Assembly: GCA_016840425.1 (NCBI GenBank)
Contig: JAEOSI010000043.1
Span: forward strand, 1-12,409
Length of the DNA: 12,409 nt
Reading direction: 5' to 3'
Source of the DNA: Candidatus Wukongarchaeum yapensis
GTDB lineage: Archaea > Asgardarchaeota > Wukongarchaeia > Wukongarchaeales > Wukongarchaeaceae
This document shows positions 1 to 6,849 of the stretch, piece after piece. Each line of letters begins with the position of its first letter. Within the stretch, counting starts at the first letter, position 1. A program made the translations under genes and the position numbers. A model generated the notes under the pieces. That model saw only the letters and a list, made by a program, of their open reading frames with translations, did not search any database and had not been told where the DNA came from.

Positions 1-372
1 GAGGGTTGATGCCGCTTTTACAGGCATAGACCTCTCATACTCGATCTCGAACAATGCCGCTTCTGCTCTTATTACATCCATGATAGATTGAGCATCTGCT
101 ACCCTTCCCGCCATCGTTGAAGCCAAATGATTTCTAATTTTGTATATCTTATTGACAGTTTTTGAGGCGATAAATGATCCTGAAGTAGCGCGTTTATCCG
201 TGGCTAAAACAACGCCATCCTTGCAAACGATTCCAGCAGTTGTTGTGCCATGAAAGGCTTTCTTTAACGCTTCTTCATGCATTTTTTCAAACTCTTTAGA
301 CATAGGTTCGGGGCCTATTTTTTTAACGTTGATTAATCTTTTGATAAAAGCGTTATCAAGAATGTATGTCAA
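1..372 (-). CDS. psmB: 20S proteasome beta subunit, 5' part (runs off the window start)
   Basis: Not in the ORF track; translated by hand: ...KKAFHG|TTTAGIVCKDGVVLATDKRATSGSFIASKTVNKIYKIRNHLASTMAGRVADAQ. It has the Ntn-hydrolase G|TTT autocleavage site with Asp17, Lys33, Met45 and Gly47 in mature numbering. The start is either TTG 372 (GAGGGT 9 nt upstream) or ATG 303; an in-frame stop lies at 391-393. Confidence 0.96.
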   Translation of the reverse strand, partial: MTYILDNAFIKRLINVKKIGPEPMSKEFEKMHEEALKKAFHGTTTAGIVCKDGVVLATDKRATSGSFIASKTVNKIYKIRNHLASTMAGRVADAQSIMDVIRAEAALFEIEYERSMPVKAASTL

Positions 373-417
373 AATAATCAAACCCTCTTCTTATTACCTA
401 AAATTTTTATTATCGTT

Positions 418-425
418 CTTATAAG
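418..425 (-). promoter_or_regulatory. Candidate TATA box (CTTATAAG) for psmB
   Basis: TTATAA core about 30 nt upstream of the SD-like GAGGGT (387-382). Assigned on position and motif only. Confidence 0.4.
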
Positions 426-457
426 TTATAGTGGCGATTTGCCGTTAACAATTTTTT

Positions 458-469
458 GAAAGGTTTAAG
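458..469 (+). promoter_or_regulatory. Candidate BRE-TATA (GAAAGG TTTAAG) for the egsA operon
   Basis: Purine-rich BRE-like hexamer directly before a TTTAAG box in the AT-rich divergent gap. It sits about 120 nt from the start, so this is tentative. Confidence 0.35.
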
Positions 470-586
470 AAAAGTAAATTAATAAAAAGTTTTACATATT
501 AACTGATTACTAAACTCACTTATGCATTTTTAAGCTTTGCCTTTCCAACGGCATATTTTTTTAATGGTTGAAAGGTGTTTAATAAA

Positions 587-1654
587 ATGATCCAAAAAAA
601 ACAGGTTTTTCGCCTACATCGGATAGAGCTTCCAAGGCAGATAGTTGTGGGAGAAGGAGTGATTTCTTTAACAGGTGAGATCTCAAAGGAACTTGGTTTT
701 TCAGATTCTGCAGCGATCGTCACCGGACCAAATGTTGTTAAGGTAGCAAGAATAGTTGAAGAATCTCTTCAAGAAGCGAGTTTTAATGTTTCGATGGTTG
801 AGGGGACTTCTGCTACTTTAGAGGAGGCAGAGAGGGTTAGAGAGTTTATTCATGAGACTAAGCCGGAGATTGTTATGGGGGTAGGAGGAGGAAAAAGCGT
901 TGATCTTGCAAAGTATGCTGCAACTAAGGAAAATCTCTTCTTTTTTAGTATTCCTACGGCGGCGTCTCATGATGGTATTTCAAGTCCTTTTTGCAGTATA
1001 AAAGGTGAAAATACACGTCATTCGGTCATTGCTAAAACTCCTTTAGCCATAATTGGTGATACTGAGATCATAGCAAAGGCTCCGAGAAAGCTTCTTGCTT
1101 CAGGTTGTGCTGATTTAGTTGCAAAATTAACAGCGGTAAAAGATTGGCAGTTAGCTCATAGGCTTAAAAATGAGCCTTTGAGCGAATCGGCTGCTTCTTT
1201 AGCTTTGTTGGCTGCACAGATGATCTTTGATGAAGCGGACACTATAAAAGTTAACGCTGTTGAAAATGCAAGAACCGTGTTAAAAGCGTTAATAAGTAGC
1301 GGAGTAGCAATCTGTATAGCGGGATCTTCAAGACCTGCAAGCGGAAGTGAACATCTTTTTTCTCACGCTTTAGATATTATAGCGCCAAAACCTGCCCTTC
1401 ATGGAGAACAGTGTGGGGTTGGAACCATAATGATGGAGTTTCTCCACGGTGGGGATTGGAAACGTGTAAAGGAAACATTAAGGAAAGTAGGAGCCCCGAC
1501 CACTGCTAAAGAGCTAGGGATTAACCCAGAACATATAATAGAGGCTTTAAAAATTGCCCATACTTTGAGACCGGAAAGATACACCATTTTGGGTAAGGAA
1601 GGATTGACACATGAGGCTGCAGTAAAACTAGCGACAATTACCGGCGTCATTTAA
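587..1654 (+). CDS. egsA: NAD(P)-dependent sn-glycerol-1-phosphate dehydrogenase (archaeal lipid backbone)
   Basis: Motifs GGGKSVDLAK, PTAASHDGISSP, DLVAK, SRPASGSEHLFSHALD and LHGEQCG are present, with the Zn ligands Asp/His/His intact. ATG 587 is preferred over GTG 575 because AGGTG (573-577) lies 9 nt upstream as an SD. Confidence 0.96.
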   Translation: MIQKKQVFRLHRIELPRQIVVGEGVISLTGEISKELGFSDSAAIVTGPNVVKVARIVEESLQEASFNVSMVEGTSATLEEAERVREFIHETKPEIVMGVGGGKSVDLAKYAATKENLFFFSIPTAASHDGISSPFCSIKGENTRHSVIAKTPLAIIGDTEIIAKAPRKLLASGCADLVAKLTAVKDWQLAHRLKNEPLSESAASLALLAAQMIFDEADTIKVNAVENARTVLKALISSGVAICIAGSSRPASGSEHLFSHALDIIAPKPALHGEQCGVGTIMMEFLHGGDWKRVKETLRKVGAPTTAKELGINPEHIIEALKIAHTLRPERYTILGKEGLTHEAAVKLATITGVI

Positions 1655-1664
1655 ACAATTAAAA
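1646..1664 (+). repeat. Copy 1 of a GTCAT(T)TAAACAATTAAAA direct repeat, spanning the egsA stop
   Basis: GTCATTTAAACAATTAAAA at 1646-1664 differs from the copy at 2150-2167 by a single T. Confidence 0.6.
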
Positions 1665-2165
1665 GTGGAGGAGGTAAAAAAGACGGAACAGAGTAAAATG
1701 GATAAAAAACCGATTATTACGCTTATAGGAGAAAGTTTAGCTAAAAAAAATTTCAAGTTCTTTTTCATGGGAAAAAGTGAAAAGAACAAAGAATGCGATA
1801 AATGCCCCACTAATAATGTGTGCCTTTCAAACCTCGAAACCAACCGTGTTTATCAAATAGTTGAGGTACGGGAGATTAAACACCCATGCAAGATACATCT
1901 GGGAGAGGTTGTAAAAGTTGTTGAATGTGTTTTAGCAGACGTAGAAACTATTATAGAATCAAATCAATGTTTTGTTGGAGCAACACAAATATACCAAAAA
2001 CCTGAATGCGATGAATATGATTGCCCTTACAAAGAGCTTTGTTTCCCTGAATACCTTAAAGAAGGCGATAGAATAAAAATCCTCGAAATTTTCGAGGATA
2101 AAACATTAAGAGAGTGTAAAACTCGAGGAAATATTAAAAAAGTTCTCGTGTCATTAAACAATTAA
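1665..2165 (+). CDS. UPF0179 family protein (Cys-rich, archaeal, function unknown)
   Basis: ITLIGESLAK N-terminus, CxxCxxxxxC, VYQIVEVR, HPCKIH and CxxxxCxxxxxCxP patterns. The start is uncertain; ATG 1698 fits the family N-terminus better than GTG 1665. Confidence 0.85.
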   Translation: MEEVKKTEQSKMDKKPIITLIGESLAKKNFKFFFMGKSEKNKECDKCPTNNVCLSNLETNRVYQIVEVREIKHPCKIHLGEVVKVVECVLADVETIIESNQCFVGATQIYQKPECDEYDCPYKELCFPEYLKEGDRIKILEIFEDKTLRECKTRGNIKKVLVSLNN

Positions 2166-2167
2166 AA
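2150..2167 (+). repeat. Copy 2 of the GTCAT(T)TAAACAATTAAAA direct repeat, spanning the UPF0179 stop
   Basis: GTCATTAAACAATTAAAA at 2150-2167. Confidence 0.6.
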
Positions 2168-2221
2168 TAACTATCAAGCATTTTAAAAAATGGAGTATTT
2201 TGTAGGAATGGGAGGATCGGA

Positions 2222-2953
2222 TTGAAGCTTGAAGAAATGACTTGGGAAGAGGTAAAAAAAGCAGCAGAACAAAATACCACGATGATTATTCCTTCTGGAG
2301 GTTTGGCAGGCTACGGTTTGCATCTTCCCTTAGGCACAAACGTTATGATTGTCTACGAACTTGCCCTAAAAGTAGCAGAAGAAACTAACGTTGTAGTTGC
2401 TCCGCCACTATGGTACGGTTATGAATATTCTACAGACAATTTCGTAGAAGTTACCCTCTGGCCGGATCATTTTAAAGAGTATGTTTATTGGCTTGTAAGA
2501 AGCCTTGTGAATAAAGGATTCAAAAAATTCATTCTTTTTTATGGGGCACTACATAACATATCTCCTTTGAATTATTGTGCTCAAAAGATCGTGGAAAAGT
2601 TTCCAAAGACTAAAGTGGCGGTTGTAGGCTGGTGGCAGCTGGTTCAAAAAACTTTAATGAAACTCTTTCCAGGAGAGATAGGGCATCATGCAGAATCCTC
2701 AGAAACCTCGCTTATGTTGGTTCTAAGACCAGAACTCTGCAGAGTTGACAAAATAAAAGATGAAATGCCAGAGATTGTATTATTCTACGATCTTTACCCA
2801 CGCCCGCCTCAATGTTCTACTAGTTCAGGAGTTGATGGTAAGCCTAGTTTGGCTTCAAAAGAGAAGGGTGAAAAGCTGGTAAAAGAGATTGTGGATAAAA
2901 TGAAAAGAATGATCGAAAACGAGCTCGTACTTGAGAGCGATTTCTACAAATAA
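2222..2953 (+). CDS. Creatininase/creatinine amidohydrolase-fold protein with a degenerate metal site
   Basis: Motifs EEMTWEEV, HLPLGT, PPLWYG, GFKKF, HAxxxETSLML and RPEL, plus the ASKEKGEKL C-terminus. TTG start with GGGAGG 6 nt upstream. Metal ligands are replaced (see findings). Confidence 0.88.
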   Translation: MKLEEMTWEEVKKAAEQNTTMIIPSGGLAGYGLHLPLGTNVMIVYELALKVAEETNVVVAPPLWYGYEYSTDNFVEVTLWPDHFKEYVYWLVRSLVNKGFKKFILFYGALHNISPLNYCAQKIVEKFPKTKVAVVGWWQLVQKTLMKLFPGEIGHHAESSETSLMLVLRPELCRVDKIKDEMPEIVLFYDLYPRPPQCSTSSGVDGKPSLASKEKGEKLVKEIVDKMKRMIENELVLESDFYK

Positions 2954-2984
2954 ACAAGGAAACAAGAGGGGAAAATGGAACAAA

Positions 2985-3004
2985 TTTTTTTCTTTTAGTT
3001 TTTT
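2985..3004 (+). terminator. Oligo(dT) archaeal-type terminator candidate for the egsA operon
   Basis: TTTTTTTCTTTTAGTTTTTT lies about 30 nt after the last + strand stop, at a convergent junction. Confidence 0.55.
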
Positions 3005-3863
3005 AACTTGTTTGGGGAAAGGGCATGACCTCCCATTCTTCGATATATTTCACCTTTTTAGCGCCTAAATATCTTGCACAATCCCTTGCAACTCCGCTTT
3101 TAACAATTTGAATGCCGTCAGCAGTGAGAAGTTTTCGGTCACTGGGCAACTTTATCGTGATTTCATCTTCTTTGCGGACAATCTCAATTTTTGACTTATC
3201 GTATGCTGGCATATAACGGGAGAAGAGACTCCTAACTTTTTCTTCATCACTTAGAAGTTTTTCCTTTATGGTCACCTCATACACGAGGGTTTGTCCTGCG
3301 AGGGGATGGTTTAAATCGATCTGAACCCTTCCTCCTGCCACTTTTAACACAGTACCTATCTGGTTACCTATGCGAACTCTTTTTCCAGGTTCAGGTTTTA
3401 CACCCGCTTTTGAGAACTTTTTAAAAGTAACAAACTTTATTTTTTTTGCATCTTTTGGGCCGTATGCTTTTTCTGGGGGTATTTCAACCGTTTTTGTTTC
3501 TCCCACCTTCAGACCGATTAATTCATCCTCAAGGGCTGGAAGCTGGAAAGACTCTCCCACAATCACCAAATCTGGCTCGAATATACCATCTTCCCTGAAA
3601 ACTCCTTCCTTTTTTGCTACGTCTTCCATTGTTAAATAGAAGATTTTTCCAGTATCTTTTATCCGTCCACAAACATCTATAAGAACAAAGTCTCCCCGAT
3701 TCACTAAATCAACATCAACAATCTCTTTTTTAGCTGGAGTTTCTGTAACAGATTCTATTTCTTCTCCTTCTTCTGTCTTTGTCTCTCCAGTATCAAGATC
3801 CTCTTTTTCACCCTTTTTAGGTGTTTCTAGTTCTGGTTCTTTCTCTGCCAAAGCTTTATCCAC
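3003..3863 (-). CDS. Long-type archaeal FKBP/SlyD-like peptidyl-prolyl isomerase/chaperone with an acidic N-terminal extension
   Basis: Motifs GDFVLID, the archaeal insertion EDVAKKEG, IPPEKAYG, an insert-in-flap domain, NHPLAG and a C-terminal domain. The GTG start overlaps the NIP7 stop by 8 bp. Confidence 0.92.
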   Translation of the reverse strand: MDKALAEKEPELETPKKGEKEDLDTGETKTEEGEEIESVTETPAKKEIVDVDLVNRGDFVLIDVCGRIKDTGKIFYLTMEDVAKKEGVFREDGIFEPDLVIVGESFQLPALEDELIGLKVGETKTVEIPPEKAYGPKDAKKIKFVTFKKFSKAGVKPEPGKRVRIGNQIGTVLKVAGGRVQIDLNHPLAGQTLVYEVTIKEKLLSDEEKVRSLFSRYMPAYDKSKIEIVRKEDEITIKLPSDRKLLTADGIQIVKSGVARDCARYLGAKKVKYIEEWEVMPFPQTS

Positions 3864-4395
3864 CTTTTCGGAGATACCAACCCCTATCTAAAACATTAAT
3901 TAAGATTAAATCTTCGTCTTTGAGGTTGTGTATTTCTTCTGAGTTTACGTGCAGTCTGCCTAGACCGATGGGGTCGCCGTAAACGTTGGCTACTATAACA
4001 TTTGATCCTTTTTTAAGGTTTTTCGGTATTCTTAGTACTGATTTTTTTAAGATGGAATGACCGTAAAGTACAAACTGTTCTCCTTTATCAGAAACTATTA
4101 CTTTTTTCTTTGTGTGTTTTCCAACTTCATGTATGCCTTCAATGCTTAATTTAAACCTTTTATTTTTTCCAATTTCTCCTATGTTAACACCTATAAAGTA
4201 GGGGGTTTCATTTTTTTTAATGTGGACAAATTGGCGGTATACCTCTTTAGAGACCAAAAAGACTTTTTTTTCACGGTTTTTAGATATCAGGATCTTTTCA
4301 TTTTCTAAAATTTTTAAGGGGAGGTTTTTGCCAAATTCTGCTATGGCTGAAGTGATAATCATGACCTCTTCTTTATTAGCTTTTCTGAAACTCAT
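3856..4395 (-). CDS. nip7: NIP7-like PUA-domain ribosome biogenesis protein
   Basis: FRKANKEE N-terminus, PYFIGVNIG, GEQFVLYG, a PUA-like core and a DRGWYLRKGG C-terminus. ATG 4395 overlaps the upstream TGA (ATGA), so it is preferred over the track's 4413. Confidence 0.85.
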   Translation of the reverse strand: MSFRKANKEEVMIITSAIAEFGKNLPLKILENEKILISKNREKKVFLVSKEVYRQFVHIKKNETPYFIGVNIGEIGKNKRFKLSIEGIHEVGKHTKKKVIVSDKGEQFVLYGHSILKKSVLRIPKNLKKGSNVIVANVYGDPIGLGRLHVNSEEIHNLKDEDLILINVLDRGWYLRKGG

Positions 4396-5351
4396 TTTTT
4401 CTTTAGGAGACAAAAAAAGAAGCCCTCCGTAGTATGTTTATGGGGATAAAATCTTTTAGCAAGGGATAAAGAAAGATCAAAAGTTTTTCCAAATGCTTTA
4501 ATAAGCCCATTTTCACCAATTTCCAACCCTGTGTCTTCAACTTCAACTCCCAACTGTTCCTTTTCAAGCACGTACTGGATGACTTCTTCATTTTCCTCAG
4601 GGGCAATTGAACAGGTTGAATATACTAAATGACCTCCTGTTTTTGTTGCTTTTATTGCTGCAGTTAGGAGCTCTTTTTGAAGGCTGGAACACCAGTGAAT
4701 GTCTTCCATTTTTCGACTTGTTTTTCTTGATGGGTCTATGCAGATTAATCCTTCACCGGTGCATGGGGCGTCTAAAAGCACTTTATCTGCTTTAATGCCT
4801 AATGCGGGAAGTTTTCGAGCGTCCGTGTGCAAAACTATGGTGTTTCTGACGCTGCATCTTGAAAGATTGGAACAGAGGGATTTTAAACGGTTGAGTTTTA
4901 AGTCTACTGCTATTATTGTGCCTTTGTTTTTCATTAATTGGGCGATTTGGGTGGTTTTTCCTCCGGGTGCTGCACAAGCATCTATCACCAACTCTCCAGG
5001 TTGGGGATCTAACACGTAGACGGGTATCATGGAAGCAGTGCCTTGGATGTAGTAGAAGCCGAGGAGGTACTCAGGCGTTGCTCCTAAAGGATATTTTGAT
5101 TTTAAAACCTGGTATCCATGGATTATATAGGGGATTTTTTTAAGGGTGAATTGGCGATTTTTCATGCGTTTTTCAAAAGTTTTTATTGGTACGCGAAGGG
5201 TATTGCATCTTATGGATGGAAATGGTTTTCTTTCATTTGCTTCTAAAAGTTTTATTGTTTCTTCTAATCCGAAAAGGTCAATATATCGTTCGACTAAATA
5301 GGTAGTATAGCCGTACTCCTTTGCTAAATTTTTTGTTTCGGTTTCAGTCAT
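4392..5351 (-). CDS. NOL1/NOP2/RsmB-family RNA m5C methyltransferase
   Basis: Motifs IRCNTL, YYIQGTASMIP, DACAAPGGKTTQ, LLDAPCTGEG and YSTCSIAPEENE (both catalytic Cys present), plus RFYPH and EGFF. Confidence 0.95.
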   Translation of the reverse strand: MTETETKNLAKEYGYTTYLVERYIDLFGLEETIKLLEANERKPFPSIRCNTLRVPIKTFEKRMKNRQFTLKKIPYIIHGYQVLKSKYPLGATPEYLLGFYYIQGTASMIPVYVLDPQPGELVIDACAAPGGKTTQIAQLMKNKGTIIAVDLKLNRLKSLCSNLSRCSVRNTIVLHTDARKLPALGIKADKVLLDAPCTGEGLICIDPSRKTSRKMEDIHWCSSLQKELLTAAIKATKTGGHLVYSTCSIAPEENEEVIQYVLEKEQLGVEVEDTGLEIGENGLIKAFGKTFDLSLSLAKRFYPHKHTTEGFFFCLLKKK

Positions 5352-5357
5352 TTATTT

Positions 5358-5367
5358 TCCTCGAGGA
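5358..5367. promoter_or_regulatory. Perfect palindrome TCCTCGAGGA providing a GAGGA Shine-Dalgarno on both strands
   Basis: Self-complementary 10-mer in the 28-bp gap between divergent starts. On the - strand GAGGA ends 6 nt before ATG 5351; on the + strand GAGGAG ends 11 nt before TTG 5380. Confidence 0.7.
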
Positions 5368-5379
5368 GCGTGCTTTGAT

Positions 5380-5904
5380 TTGATTGAGGTTGAAGTAAAA
5401 GCAAAAGTGGACGATTTGAAAAAGTTTGAGGCAATGCTTAAATCCATCGGCGCTCAGTTTATGAAGAAGGTTGAAGATGTGGATCTTTATTTTAATGCAC
5501 CCCACAGAGATTTTGTGGAAACGGATGAAGCGTTACGTATAAGGAGGAGAGATGGCGAGATAAGCGTTACTTATAAAGGTCCAAAGTTTGACTTGAAATC
5601 TAAAAGTAGGGAAGAGGTAAACCTGTTAATAAATGATGCTTTTACTGCTGAAAAACTTTTTGAATTATTGGGCTTTAGGAAAGCAGGTATAGTTAAAAAA
5701 ACACGCTTAATTTACAAATTATCTGATGTGGAAGTATCTTTGGATGAAGTAGAGGGTTTGGGAAGTTTTATCGAGATTGAAACAGAAGCTGTGGACAAAA
5801 AGGAGACAATAAAAAAAAGAGATGAGCTTTTAAAGATTTTAAAAAGTTTGGGGATAGAAGAAAGTGCTTTTGAAAGACGAAGTTATCTTGAGTTACTACT
5901 TTAA
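5380..5904 (+). CDS. cyaB: CYTH/triphosphate tunnel metalloenzyme (CyaB, class IV adenylate cyclase-like)
   Basis: ExExK (EVEVK), DLYF, EALRIR, TYKGPK, SREE, KKTR, LDEVEGLGSFIEIE and RRSYLELL. The family assignment is firm; the actual activity (cyclase or triphosphatase) is not determined. Confidence 0.92.
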   Translation: MIEVEVKAKVDDLKKFEAMLKSIGAQFMKKVEDVDLYFNAPHRDFVETDEALRIRRRDGEISVTYKGPKFDLKSKSREEVNLLINDAFTAEKLFELLGFRKAGIVKKTRLIYKLSDVEVSLDEVEGLGSFIEIETEAVDKKETIKKRDELLKILKSLGIEESAFERRSYLELLL

Positions 5905-5934
5905 TAAAACGGGAAGTTTTTACGTATGATCCCT

Positions 5935-6612
5935 TTATGGGAATAAGAAGATAGGTTTGTACTCAACATTACCACCAACGGAATCCATCTCTATTATAGC
6001 TGCGTCCCCACTTTGGGCAGGGCCGACATTGATACATGTCGTGTTCCCTATTTTTTCTACGCCTTTTGCCTCATGTATATGACCACAAAGAAGTAAAGCG
6101 GGCCGTTTCTCTGTTATAAATTTTCTAACGTTTTTACTTCCTGCATGGATCCCCATACGGGTTAAATCAAGGCTTGAACCATAAGGTGGTGAATGAGAAA
6201 CGACTACTCCATTTTGAACAGCTACGTCTTTAAGCCCTTTTTCTAAAACTTCTAAAATCTCTTTTTCAGTGATTTCAAAAGGTGTTTCGAAGGGGGTAGG
6301 GGGCGAACCTCCCACACCTATAAAAGCGACATTTTTAACGCGGGTTCCCCGCCCATGAAGACAAAACCCATTGACTTTTTCTTTTTCAAAATTTGCTAAT
6401 TCTGGAGGATCACAGTTTCCTGGAACATATAATACAGGTGCTTTTGTTTGGGCTAAATCGTTTATTATTTTATAGGCTAAGTTTACTGTTCCGAAATTTG
6501 TAATATCGCCAGTTAAAACTATGCAATCCACTTTTTCAGCCATCGCGAACTCTTTCACCGCTTTAACGGCTTCCAAAGTTCCATGGAAATCGGAAGCTAC
6601 AAACATCCTCAT
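5935..6612 (-). CDS. Calcineurin-like metallophosphoesterase (Icc-related archaeal type)
   Basis: Motifs SDFHG, GDITNFG, PGNCD, SHSPPY and CGHIHE. The start is placed at ATG 6612 because GGAGGT (6627-6622) lies 9 nt upstream. Confidence 0.92.
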   Translation of the reverse strand: MRMFVASDFHGTLEAVKAVKEFAMAEKVDCIVLTGDITNFGTVNLAYKIINDLAQTKAPVLYVPGNCDPPELANFEKEKVNGFCLHGRGTRVKNVAFIGVGGSPPTPFETPFEITEKEILEVLEKGLKDVAVQNGVVVSHSPPYGSSLDLTRMGIHAGSKNVRKFITEKRPALLLCGHIHEAKGVEKIGNTTCINVGPAQSGDAAIIEMDSVGGNVEYKPIFLFP

Positions 6613-6697
6613 AAGAACATGACCTCCCAAAAAGACCCAATACCAAAAAATTGTTTTAAGAAATTTAACTATCTTTAAAAGAATTCAAAAACGATAT

Positions 6698-6709
6698 TTT
6701 ATATACTTT
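6698..6709 (-). promoter_or_regulatory. Candidate BRE-TATA (AAAG TATATAAA) for the metallophosphoesterase
   Basis: Motif read on the - strand in the AT-rich divergent gap. Confidence 0.45.
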
Positions 6710-6781
6710 AATGTAAAACAACTTTAAAGAAGTTATCCTTTCCTTTAAAATATTATATGATTATAAAAAGTTAATTAAGTT

Positions 6782-6798
6782 AGAAGAAGCTTATAATA
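6782..6798 (+). promoter_or_regulatory. Candidate BRE-TATA (AGAAGAAGC TTATAATA) for hypC
   Basis: Purine-rich element followed by TTATAATA, about 50 nt upstream of the hypC start. Confidence 0.5.
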
Positions 6799-6849
6799 GG
6801 TATTAACTGTTATTGTTTAATTTTAATTTTTATAGATGAGTTGATGATT

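Noticed and set aside
520-723. 67-aa - strand ORF opposite the egsA 5' end
   Set aside because: Antisense shadow with no recognisable motif or SD.
1399-1843. - strand ORFs 1399-1650 and 1628-1843
   Set aside because: Antisense to egsA and UPF0179; the hydrophobic look comes from reverse-complemented Lys/Glu codons.
3370-5143. Short ORFs 3370-3639, 4220-4432, 4403-4606, 4607-4795, 4699-5019, 4792-4977 and 4916-5143
   Set aside because: All overlap well-supported genes in antisense or alternative frames and lack family motifs.
5380-5904. Calling the CYTH protein a true adenylate cyclase
   Set aside because: Family membership does not establish cyclase activity; triphosphatase activity is at least as likely.
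6282-6430. GNCD in place of GNHD/E in the metallophosphoesterase, considered as a fourth dead enzyme
   Set aside because: GNCD is a common variant in archaeal members of this family, and the other metal-binding motifs are intact.
6673-6749. CTTTAA repeated at 6673, 6706, 6722 and 6743
   Set aside because: Short, irregularly spaced and expected in a very AT-rich promoter gap.
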